The position numbers were made by a program, and so were the translations under genes. A stretch of 64,000 nucleotides of DNA from Lachnospiraceae bacterium (GTDB taxonomy: Bacteria > Bacillota > Clostridia > Oscillospirales > CAG-272), in NCBI GenBank assembly GCA_024404495.1, contig JAKSPT010000005.1:6483-70482 (forward strand), written 5' to 3'. The notes below the pieces were generated by a model. It saw only the letters and a program-made list of their open reading frames with translations, ran no database searches and was not told the DNA's origin. Positions 7,376-15,752 of this stretch are shown here, one piece after another; positions within the stretch are counted from its first letter, which is position 1, and the number at the start of each line of letters is the position of its first letter.

Positions 7376-8773
7376 GTGATGAAAGACTGTAAAAAAATCA
7401 GCAAGGACTTAAACTTGTACAACCGTCCCGGTTACGAGCGCTTTTTTGAAGAGCAGGCGGAGGAGGGGTGGATGCTCGAAGGCTCGAACGATATTTTCTG
7501 GATTTTCCGCAGAGCGCTGCCGAAAAAGGTCCGGTATTCCGTCACTTATCTGAAAGACGTTACGGTGTTTGATCCGACTCTGACCGATTCCCAGCAGACG
7601 CTCAACGAATTCTGCGAGCGGACCGGATGGGAATTCGTTGCGTCGAGCGGATCCATGCAGGTTTTCCGCACGGAAAAAGCCGATCCCCTTCCCATTGAAA
7701 CCGATCCCCGGTTGGAGATCGAATCTTACCACGCTTCCTTAAAAAAGGGACCTTTGCCGTTATATCTGTTTTTTGTCTTTCTCTCGGTACTCGGTATCAT
7801 TATTAACTTGTTTGCGCTTTTCCTGACACCGATCGACCTGATCCGGTACGGCAACAGATTCATTGCCGTGTTCGCGTACGGTATCGCTGCAAGCATCCTT
7901 CTTTTTGATCTGATCTCATATTACGTCTGGCGGCGCCGCGCGCTCAAAGAAGCGGAACTGACCGGAACGTATCACGAGGCGCCGAAACGGCAGTATGCGA
8001 TCCTGCTGTACGATTTGTTTATGCTTATGGGGATGGCAGCTTTGCTTTCCTGCATCGGTATACGAGTTTGGGGCATAATCGGCGTCGCTCTTGCCATTAT
8101 AGTGGGCTCGATCGGCATCACTCTTTGCATTTCTCTTTTCAAAAAGAAAAAAGCCCGGGCACGGATTTCAAAGCTCGTGACGGTATTTCTGATGATCGCA
8201 CTGCTCGCGGGAATCGTGATCCCGGTCATCTCTTCGGTTGAGAATGCTGTCAGAACAGAAAGAAAACCGCTTGTGATTTATTATCAAGGGATGGAACAGC
8301 ATATTTACGCCGACGAGATCCCTCTTAAAGTCGAGGATCTGATCGAAACCGATTACGATCGGTATTCTTACGAAAACTACCGGAGCTTCTCTTCTTTTCT
8401 CGGCAGAGAATACGGTGCCCGGCAGGATGCACAGTACGGAGAATGGGAGGATAATCCCGAAGTATACTATACCGTGTACGAACTGAATTTTCCGTTCACG
8501 CGCGGTCTGATCGCAAAGACGCTTCTTGTCAATATGAAAGATTGCGGCGAGTACCGGCTTCCGGAAGGGGAAACCGAGGAAAGCTGGCTTTCGGAAGACC
8601 CGGAGCCGTGGGGCGCGGAAAAGGTCTATCGGATGCGTAATGACGACGGAACCTGGTGGAATCAATGGCTGATCTGTTATTCCGACAGGATCGTGTTCTT
8701 TGTTTTTGATGATATGAACGAGTGGACACCGACTCCCGAACAGATGAAGACCGTGACCGAAAAATTATCATAA
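7376..8773 (+). CDS. DUF2812-type polytopic membrane protein (usual PadR partner)
   Basis: N-terminal ...YERFFEEQAEEGWMLE motif typical of DUF2812, followed by several hydrophobic segments. The start could be ATG 7379. GC is lower than in the neighbours by eye. Confidence 0.6.
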   Translation: MMKDCKKISKDLNLYNRPGYERFFEEQAEEGWMLEGSNDIFWIFRRALPKKVRYSVTYLKDVTVFDPTLTDSQQTLNEFCERTGWEFVASSGSMQVFRTEKADPLPIETDPRLEIESYHASLKKGPLPLYLFFVFLSVLGIIINLFALFLTPIDLIRYGNRFIAVFAYGIAASILLFDLISYYVWRRRALKEAELTGTYHEAPKRQYAILLYDLFMLMGMAALLSCIGIRVWGIIGVALAIIVGSIGITLCISLFKKKKARARISKLVTVFLMIALLAGIVIPVISSVENAVRTERKPLVIYYQGMEQHIYADEIPLKVEDLIETDYDRYSYENYRSFSSFLGREYGARQDAQYGEWEDNPEVYYTVYELNFPFTRGLIAKTLLVNMKDCGEYRLPEGETEESWLSEDPEPWGAEKVYRMRNDDGTWWNQWLICYSDRIVFFVFDDMNEWTPTPEQMKTVTEKLS

Positions 8774-8775
8774 CG

Positions 8776-8814
8776 AAAACCGCTCGCCGACGCAAAATCG
8801 GCGGGCGGTTTTGC
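8776..8814 (+). terminator. intrinsic terminator
   Basis: aaaaccgctcgccga-cgcaaaa-tcggcgggcggtttt. Confidence 0.8.
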
Positions 8815-8987
8815 GTGCGTCCGCTCGGCGGCGGTGAGGGATCGTACTGCGTTCCCGTCCGCTTCGCAAGCGGACAGCAGAAGTCTCCCTTCCGGAACAA
8901 TGTCGTTTCCTTAAGTTAACGGCATTACGCCGTCGGGCAGACGCTTTTTACGTATTGCGTCCCCCGTTCCGCGCCCGTCTGCCGATA

Positions 8988-9016
8988 TTGACAAAACGGG
9001 TACGCGATGATATAAT
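8988..9016 (+). promoter_or_regulatory. consensus sigma-A promoter of the 9077-15137 operon
   Basis: TTGACA 8988-8993, 17-nt spacer, TATAAT 9011-9016. Confidence 0.7.
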
Positions 9017-9076
9017 GAAAGCAAATGAAAAAGTCTGCCCGGAAGCGCTCCGGCGGACAAAAGAAAGGGTTCAGCA

Positions 9077-12000
9077 ATGAAGAAAATTTGCCTCCTGCTC
9101 GTTTTCGTGATGCTTCTCGGGGCCTTTGCCTCGTGCGAAAAGACCGATCCGGTCACGCCTCCGACCGACAGCGGAACGAGCGACGTCTCCGGCTCCGAAA
9201 CCGACGCTCCCCCCGTGAAAGAGACCGGATTCCTCGCCAAAGACGGCGCGTATTATTTCGTTACCGAATCGGGGCTTGACGCCGAAAAAACGAATCTCCT
9301 GAACGCGCTGAAGGGGCTCGGCTTCAACGTTACCGAAGCGGAAAACGAAGCCTCTGCGGTGAACACCGTCCTGATCGGAAAGACCGGTCAGCCCGAGACC
9401 GACGCCGCCCTTTCGGGGCTCGGCGAGGGGGAATACGTCCTTGCCGCCGAAAACGGGAAACTCGTCCTTGCCGGAAACGGTGCCGAAGCGACCAAAGCGG
9501 CGGTCAGCGATTTCATCCGCAACGCTCTTCGCGTCGGCACCGACAAGGTGTTTGCCGACGGCACGAAAGTGACCGGTAAGATCGAAAAAGCGGGCGCTTT
9601 CGAGGCGGTCAAACCGGAAAACAGCGCCGAAAAGCGTCCCACCCTCATCAAAACCGTCTATCCGACCGAAGAAACGGTCGTCGCGACCGTGATCGCCACC
9701 GAGGACTGCGGCGCTGACCCCACCGGGGAAAAGGACAGCACCTCAGCGATCCAGAAGGCGCTGACGAACTGCGGCTCGCTCGGCGGCGGCACCGTCTTCC
9801 TTCCCGCCGGACGGTATCTCGTTTCGAGCTCGATCTCCATTCCCTCGGGCGTCACCCTGCGCGGCGACTGGCAGGACCCCGATACGACCCCGAATCCCGA
9901 ATACGGCACGATCATTATAGCAAAGCCGAAGGCAAAGGTCACCGCCGCGGCGACCCGCTCGGAAAACGCCCTCATCCGTCTGAACCCCTGCTCGGGCGCG
10001 GTCGGTCTGACCGTTTATTATCCCGAGCAGAAGGCGGACAAGCCGGTCAGACAGGGTTATACCTTCCTCGTCGGTCAGGCGGGAGAAGCGACGATCGAGA
10101 ACGTCACGCTGATCAACTCCTACCGCGGCATCGGCGTCGGTCCCGAATACGAGTGGCACGAGCTGATGCAGATCCGCCACGTCCGGATGTGCGCGCTTGA
10201 GACCGGACTGGAAATGCACCATTCCTCCGACGTCGGCTGCACCTGCGACGTGAAGATCTCCCCCGCCTACTGGCTCTCCGCCGGATGCGGGTTCGACTGT
10301 GAAAACGCCGCTGACCTCCGCGCGACCTGCATGAAGGACGCGACGGGCATCATCCTCGGCGACCTTGACGACGAGACGCTCTCCGAGCTGTACGTTGAGG
10401 GCTGCAAGACCGGCATTGAGTTCACGACCCTGGCGGAGCGCACCTTCTGGGGCGTCATTTACGGGCTGGATATCGTGAACTGCGGCGTCGGTATGGACGT
10501 AAAGAGCATCAGCGGCGGCAACACCGCTCTGATCGCGAACGCCCGGATCGAGGGCACCGAGGCGGCGGTGATCAACCGCGTGGAAAGGACCCCGCTCCGC
10601 TTCGCCGACGTGACGCTGAAGGGAAAAGCCGAGGGCTTCATCATCAATGAAGAAGACAGCCTCGCCGCTTATAAAGTCGTCCACGGCACGCACGCAAAGC
10701 CCGCCGATCACCTTTACATAGCCGATCTTTCGGCGATGAAGGACAAGAAGGCGGACGCTTCCGACGCGCTCCAGGCGGTACTGAACGAAGCCGGAAAGAC
10801 CGGAGGCGTCGTCTATGTCGCAAGCGGTATCTACTGCCTCTACAAGCCGGTCACCGTTCCCGCGGGCGTTGAGCTGCGCGGCACGGCGGCGGTTCCCGGA
10901 CGCGATCAGGACGGCTACAAGACCGGCACGGTCTTCCTTACCTACGTCACCGATGCCCACGCCGTCACCCTCGGCGAAAACGCGGGCGTTTCGGGGCTTC
11001 GTATCTGGTGCCCCGTGAACGATCCGTCGAGAGGGCTGGAAAAGATCAAGGCGAACGATCCCACAATCGGTTTTGCCGCCGTGAAGGGAACCGGAAAGGG
11101 TGTGTACGCCGTTCATACCGTCATCGTCGCGGGCTACGTCGGCTTTGACTTCACCGGCTGCGACGATCATCTCGTCAATACCTGCACCGGCTGCTGCTTC
11201 CTCTCCTTTGCGAAGGTCGGCGGCAAGAACGGTACCGTCGAGGAATGTCTCGACAACCCGAACTTCCTTCAGCGCCGTTCGCTCGACGCGTATTTCGATC
11301 CCGACCTTGCCGACAAGAAAGAATGGGCGTTCTATCATAAGGGCGAGGGCGACGATCCCGGCTTCACGAAGCTCCGCGACGAGCTGCTCCGTGAATACTG
11401 CGTCACCTACGACGTCGTTGACGCCGAAAACGAAATGCTCCTGAACGACTTCGTTTACGGCGCGAGAACGCTCGTCCGCACCGAGAATTCCTCCGCGCTC
11501 GTCATCAACGGCACGCAGGACTATCTGAAGGCAAAATACCCGATGTTCGAGATCCGAAACAGCAGGGTCGCGGCGATCAACGCGCTCCGCATCTTCGGCA
11601 CCTCGCTCCTGAACGTCAATTCCGAACTCGATATCTATAACCGCAACGACCGCGACTGCATCAAGGAGCGTCCCTACCACTCCTCGATCGAGTTTGAGGA
11701 TCACGGCACCGACATCCTCGTTTCGGAATATATCCCGCTTTCGTCGTGCGACGCGCTCCCGAAGGGAATGAATCAGGCAAAGCTGACCAAGAACGCGAAC
11801 TACGTCAAAAAGGGAAGCGGCGCGCTCATTCACGAGAATATGAACGGCACGGGCATCGTTCTCGAATGGCACATGGATCCGACCGACCTCAGCGAATACG
11901 TTGAGAAAGGCTATCTGCACTTCTGGGTCTGGACGAGCAAGGACATCTCCGGTCAGAACGGTTCGATCGAGCTCGGCAGCGGCGGCACCTGCGACGTGGA

Positions 12001-12193
12001 GGAAAGCAACTGGACGATCAACTGCCTCTACGGCAGCGACGGCTGGCACGAGGTCTTCCTGCCGCTTGCGGGTACGAACACCACCGGCGGCGCGACCGAC
12101 TTCACGAGGGTCGACTTCATGCGCTTCTATCTGCATAACTGCGAGAACCTGACGATCGCGATCGACGATATCTCCATCGCTTTGGAAGAATAA
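9077..12193 (+). CDS. exported lipoprotein with two right-handed beta-helix (pectate-lyase-superfamily / GH55- or GH28-related) modules; putative glycoside hydrolase
   Basis: Lipobox LLGAFASC. Two copies of the Pectate_lyase_3-type N-cap motif: DCGADPTGEKDSTSAIQKAL...GGGTVFLPAGRYLVSSSISIPSGVTLRG and KADASDALQAVLNEAGKTGGVVYVASGIYCLYKPVTVPAGVELRG. Confidence 0.6.
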   Translation: MKKICLLLVFVMLLGAFASCEKTDPVTPPTDSGTSDVSGSETDAPPVKETGFLAKDGAYYFVTESGLDAEKTNLLNALKGLGFNVTEAENEASAVNTVLIGKTGQPETDAALSGLGEGEYVLAAENGKLVLAGNGAEATKAAVSDFIRNALRVGTDKVFADGTKVTGKIEKAGAFEAVKPENSAEKRPTLIKTVYPTEETVVATVIATEDCGADPTGEKDSTSAIQKALTNCGSLGGGTVFLPAGRYLVSSSISIPSGVTLRGDWQDPDTTPNPEYGTIIIAKPKAKVTAAATRSENALIRLNPCSGAVGLTVYYPEQKADKPVRQGYTFLVGQAGEATIENVTLINSYRGIGVGPEYEWHELMQIRHVRMCALETGLEMHHSSDVGCTCDVKISPAYWLSAGCGFDCENAADLRATCMKDATGIILGDLDDETLSELYVEGCKTGIEFTTLAERTFWGVIYGLDIVNCGVGMDVKSISGGNTALIANARIEGTEAAVINRVERTPLRFADVTLKGKAEGFIINEEDSLAAYKVVHGTHAKPADHLYIADLSAMKDKKADASDALQAVLNEAGKTGGVVYVASGIYCLYKPVTVPAGVELRGTAAVPGRDQDGYKTGTVFLTYVTDAHAVTLGENAGVSGLRIWCPVNDPSRGLEKIKANDPTIGFAAVKGTGKGVYAVHTVIVAGYVGFDFTGCDDHLVNTCTGCCFLSFAKVGGKNGTVEECLDNPNFLQRRSLDAYFDPDLADKKEWAFYHKGEGDDPGFTKLRDELLREYCVTYDVVDAENEMLLNDFVYGARTLVRTENSSALVINGTQDYLKAKYPMFEIRNSRVAAINALRIFGTSLLNVNSELDIYNRNDRDCIKERPYHSSIEFEDHGTDILVSEYIPLSSCDALPKGMNQAKLTKNANYVKKGSGALIHENMNGTGIVLEWHMDPTDLSEYVEKGYLHFWVWTSKDISGQNGSIELGSGGTCDVEESNWTINCLYGSDGWHEVFLPLAGTNTTGGATDFTRVDFMRFYLHNCENLTIAIDDISIALEE

Positions 12194-12199
12194 AATACG

Positions 12200-12230
12200 G
12201 TCCCGGGCGGGAAAACGCCCGGGACTTTTG
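12200..12230 (+). terminator. terminator-like hairpin between operon genes (partial terminator/attenuator)
   Basis: gtcccgggcg-ggaaaa-cgcccgggac followed by ttttg, 17 nt before the next start. Confidence 0.55.
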
Positions 12231-12246
12231 TGAAGGAGTAATCAGG

Positions 12247-13758
12247 ATGAAAAAACTTCTTTCCCTGCTTCTTGCCGCCGTTCTGGCGCTCGGCATCCTT
12301 CCCGCTTTCGGGGTCAGCGCTTCGGAAAGCGATACGATCCTCGACCTGACCGTTCAGCCGGGCGGCGATCCCACCTCGCTGAATTTCAACTGGATCACGC
12401 ACGGTCAGCCCTCCGACGTTTTCGTGGAGATCGCGCCCTACGGCGGCGATTTCAACGCGAAAAAACAGGTCTTCTACGGCGAATCGAAAAAGACGGGCGC
12501 GACCGACGATATTGACGGAACGGCGGTCAGCCGCTATTCCTGCAAGGCCACGGCGACGGGGCTCAAGCCCGGGGCGCTTTACAATTACCGCGTCGGCGAC
12601 GGGAAGACGCTTTCGGCGCTCCATACCGTCACCACGCAGGAAGCCGACCGGATGAGCGCCTACATCGTCAGCGATATCCACGTCATCGAAATGGAATCGT
12701 GGAACAAAAAGCTGCCCGAATCGGTCGAAAACTGGCAGATCACGCTGGATCAGATGCTCGACCGCGACGAGGCGCCGCTGATCGTCTCGCTCGGCGACCA
12801 GATGCAGAACACGACGCGCACCGATTACCTTGACGGCTTCTTCGGCATCGACGGGCTCGCCGATACCGTTCTCGCGCCGATCAACGGCAACCATGATATC
12901 TCCCCCGCCTCTGCGAATCTCCCGCTCTACACCAACACCCCGAATCAGGTCTTCCCCGGCTCGATGGGCATCGGTGACTACTATTTCATGTCGGGCAACG
13001 TACTCTTCGTGATGCTCTCGATCACCGATATCAATTTCGACGAGGTCGACCACGAAAAGACCTTTGAGGAAGCGATCAAAGCCTATCCCGATTACGACTG
13101 GATGGTCGTCGGCTTCCACGAGGCGATCTACGGGTATTATCTCCACGGTTACTCCGCCGCGAAAGGCGACGCGTTCGATTACTGCAGCGAGACCTACGAC
13201 AAATTCATTACCATTTTCGATAAATACAAGCCCGACCTCTGCCTGACCGGACATTCCCACTCCTACTGCCGCTCGTATTTCATACGGGATTGGGAAGCGG
13301 TGGACGTTGATACCGACGCGGACGGTGCGTTTCTGTCGCCCGCCGGGACGCTCTACGTCAATATGGGCACCTCTTCGAGAATGAAGGAATTCGGCAATCA
13401 GGACGCGACGCCCAACTGGCCGTGGGGTCATATTGCCTTCTCGGTCCACGGGCACGCCTCCTACACCTACGCCCTGCTCGAAGCAGAGGGGGACACCCTT
13501 TCGCTCGAGGTGCGCGATAACCTCAAGCCCGATACCGTGATCGACACGGTGACGATCCGCAAAGAGATCGTGCACAAGGAAACCGAACCGGTGACCGAAG
13601 CCGCGACCGACCCGGAGACCGGGGCGACCGCACCGACCGAAAAAGCGGGCGACCCGATGAAGACCGCGTTCTTCGTCGCGCTTGCCGCGGCGGTCGTGAT
13701 CTGGATCGCCGCTCTGATCCTTTGGGCTGACAAGAAAAAGAAAGGGGAAGCAAAATGA
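12247..13758 (+). CDS. exported metallophosphoesterase (purple acid phosphatase-like) with C-terminal membrane anchor
   Basis: Signal peptide. Calcineurin-type motifs SDIHV, LGDQM, NGNHD, GFHEAIY, GHSHSY. An N-terminal PAP-like beta domain (YRVGDG). C-terminal FFVALAAAVVIWIAALILWADKKKKGEAK. Confidence 0.75.
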   Translation: MKKLLSLLLAAVLALGILPAFGVSASESDTILDLTVQPGGDPTSLNFNWITHGQPSDVFVEIAPYGGDFNAKKQVFYGESKKTGATDDIDGTAVSRYSCKATATGLKPGALYNYRVGDGKTLSALHTVTTQEADRMSAYIVSDIHVIEMESWNKKLPESVENWQITLDQMLDRDEAPLIVSLGDQMQNTTRTDYLDGFFGIDGLADTVLAPINGNHDISPASANLPLYTNTPNQVFPGSMGIGDYYFMSGNVLFVMLSITDINFDEVDHEKTFEEAIKAYPDYDWMVVGFHEAIYGYYLHGYSAAKGDAFDYCSETYDKFITIFDKYKPDLCLTGHSHSYCRSYFIRDWEAVDVDTDADGAFLSPAGTLYVNMGTSSRMKEFGNQDATPNWPWGHIAFSVHGHASYTYALLEAEGDTLSLEVRDNLKPDTVIDTVTIRKEIVHKETEPVTEAATDPETGATAPTEKAGDPMKTAFFVALAAAVVIWIAALILWADKKKKGEAK

Positions 13759-15137
13759 AAAAACTGATTTCCGTTCTGCTTGCGCTTCTGCTCCTTTCGG
13801 GGATGCTGACGGTCTTCCCGGCGTTCGCCGACGACGCGCCCGCCTCCGTTCTCTTTATGGACGGCGACCACACCTCCTCGACCGGATGGACCGGCGTCCG
13901 TCACCGCACCAAATCGGACGGTTCGGACGAAAAGCTGATGACCCCCGATCCGACCCACGCGATGGCGGCGACGAACGGCTGGAAGGCGGAAATGCTGAAT
14001 TACGCCTCCCGCTATACCCTCCGTACCGGCGGTTATCCGGGCGTGGACGTCAGTGCGATCCCGTCAGAAAACCTCGCCTTCGCCTTCTGGGTCTATTCCG
14101 AGGAGGAAGTGAAGCTCAACTCCGATTTCTATCTGGAGATCGGCGGCGCGAGCGACGGCGGCTGGAAGATGTATCCCGCGTCGGGCGCTTTCTCGACCGG
14201 GGACCGCACCCTTCACGAGGGCTGGAACTATTTCTTTATGGATTTCGGCAAAGCGCTTGCCGGGGATAAGAGTGCCGGCAGAGTGGAATACACCGCGGGA
14301 AGCGGCATTTTCGCCGAAAAAGGCGGCTCGCCCGACGACCCGACCGAGGGCAGTTACATCTATTTCGATATCTACAACTGTTACGTTACGGGCGGGCAGG
14401 AAAAGGTGAATCTGTGGTTTGACGATCTCCGCTTCCTGAACACCGCGAAGCTTTCCGAACTGGAGCAGGGCGTCGGCAGCGAGGAAGCCCTCCGTGCCGT
14501 TCTGGAAAACGGGAAAAGCGGGCTCATCCGTCTGACCGATACCGTCAACGCCTACGATACCTTTACGGTAAAACGCGACGTGATCCTCGATATGGACACC
14601 TTCACCGTCCGCGTACCGGGCAAGCCGGTCTTTACGGTCGACGGCGCGGCGCTGACCCTGAAAAACGGCAATACGGCGAGGACCGAATCCACGCACCTCG
14701 TCTACGCGAAAAACGGCGCGGCCGTGAAGCTTGAGGGGAATATCACGGCAAACGGCTTTACCAAAGCGGTGATCGAGGTCGCCGACACGGCAAAAGCCGA
14801 CCTGACGAAGGCAACCTTTGCAGGGATCACCGAGGGGACCGAAAACGCGGAGATCCGCGTGGACGGGAAGAATATCGTCCTCGCGGCGAAGGTGAACGCC
14901 TCCGATCCGATCGCGGCACTTTCCGCCTTCGAGCGGTATTCCGACGGCGTTTACGATTACTACTATAAGATCAGCCCCAACCAGGTGCCGGAGGAGACCG
15001 CCGCGCCCGATATGCCGGACGGTCCCGCCGGACAAGGCGGCGACAGCCTCTTCTATACCGTCGGCACCGTGATCGCCTCGCTTGCCGCCGTCGGCGGATT
15101 GATCTTCATCGCGCTGCTTCTGAAAAAGAAAAAGTGA
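13755..15137 (+). CDS. exported protein of unknown function with C-terminal membrane anchor
   Basis: ATGA overlap with the upstream stop. Signal peptide MKKLISVLLALLLLSGMLTVFPAFA. C-terminal LFYTVGTVIASLAAVGGLIFIALLLKKKK. No catalytic motif recognised. Confidence 0.5.
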   Translation: MKKLISVLLALLLLSGMLTVFPAFADDAPASVLFMDGDHTSSTGWTGVRHRTKSDGSDEKLMTPDPTHAMAATNGWKAEMLNYASRYTLRTGGYPGVDVSAIPSENLAFAFWVYSEEEVKLNSDFYLEIGGASDGGWKMYPASGAFSTGDRTLHEGWNYFFMDFGKALAGDKSAGRVEYTAGSGIFAEKGGSPDDPTEGSYIYFDIYNCYVTGGQEKVNLWFDDLRFLNTAKLSELEQGVGSEEALRAVLENGKSGLIRLTDTVNAYDTFTVKRDVILDMDTFTVRVPGKPVFTVDGAALTLKNGNTARTESTHLVYAKNGAAVKLEGNITANGFTKAVIEVADTAKADLTKATFAGITEGTENAEIRVDGKNIVLAAKVNASDPIAALSAFERYSDGVYDYYYKISPNQVPEETAAPDMPDGPAGQGGDSLFYTVGTVIASLAAVGGLIFIALLLKKKK

Positions 15138-15164
15138 CCCGGGGATGCGGGGGGGAGACGCGAT

Positions 15165-15245
15165 GTTCTTTCTCTGAGAGAAAGAACCAAAGAGGCATAA
15201 GGGGTAAGTAATGTTTGGGTTCTCCGAATATTGCTCCTTTGCTTC
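15165..15245 (+). repeat. conserved 3'-UTR hairpin element, copy 1 (R1)
   Basis: Perfect 10-bp hairpin gttctttctc-tga-gagaaagaac followed by caaagaggcataagggg...atgtttg...tctccgaatattgctcctttgcttc. It is homologous to 48076-48155. Confidence 0.6.
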
Positions 15246-15379
15246 CGGGGGAGATTATCATTCGTGATCTCCCGCCCCGATCCGCCTCCCTCGGTGTCTT
15301 CGCATTGCGCGCTGCTACGTCAGCTTTATCCGAAGCGCCGCGCCCTCATTCAGTCGGTTCAAAAGGAACAGAAAAAGGC

Positions 15380-15590
15380 GGGGCTGTTGCATCTGCTTCC
15401 GCAAAGCGGAAGCGATCAACAGCCCCCGCAAAACAGCGGTCAGGATTCCGCTGTTTTGCGCAATATACGGCGTTTTTGGCTCGAATAACGCCATTTTTTA
15501 TGTTGCAAATATGCCAAAACGGCGGCGTTCAGCCGCCGAGCCGTATTTGCCGGGGGGGTGTTGCACATTAGTGCAACACCCCCCCGTTTT
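15380..15590 (+). repeat. multi-hairpin repeat element copy A (candidate structured sRNA / MITE- or PATE-like element) ending in a terminator-like hairpin
   Basis: Reverse-complement identical to 25196-25415 except for one indel and the G/C-run length. Contains hairpins P1, P2, P4 and a terminal G7-tgttgcac-atta-gtgcaaca-C7 followed by gtttt. Confidence 0.75.
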
Positions 15591-15752
15591 CTATCTTATT
15601 CTTCTTGGCTCTTCATATTTTTTGGTGTGTGAAGGTTTATTGTTCACCTTGATGCCGAAGCATAGCCTGCCGCGCAGAAGGTTCCGGAAGCCTCGTGGGG
15701 CGGGGGCTTGAGCGCGTAACCGCTGTCCGAAGAGACTGCTCCCCGTGGTGGA

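Noticed and set aside
9743-12136. Very long antisense ORFs. Examples: 9743..12136 (-), 2101..3177 (+), 3531..4388 (+), 12127..13575 (-), 20598..22655 (+), 23134..24501 (-), 26818..28164 (-), 29434..31611 (-), 34763..37147 (-), 38805..41150 (-), 46606..48102 (-), 59811..61676 (-).
   Set aside because: Each lies opposite an ORF with clear family motifs. Their translations are Arg/Gly/Ala/Asp/Val-rich and low in complexity, with no motifs. Stop-free antisense frames are expected in GC-rich DNA with G/C third positions.
15530-15560. GAGCCGTAT inside the repeat resembles the 5' half of a group II intron domain V.
   Set aside because: No matching 3' half (ACGTACGGTTC-like) and no other intron domains or IEP ORF nearby. 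Judged a coincidence.
15215-15571. ORFs predicted across the inverted-repeat element (15215..15571, 15231..15488, 25104..25460, 25187..25408), considered as a possible small conserved protein.
   Set aside because: The only difference between the copies is a 13-nt indel, which shifts the frame, so no single protein is conserved. The sequence is better explained by stacked hairpins.
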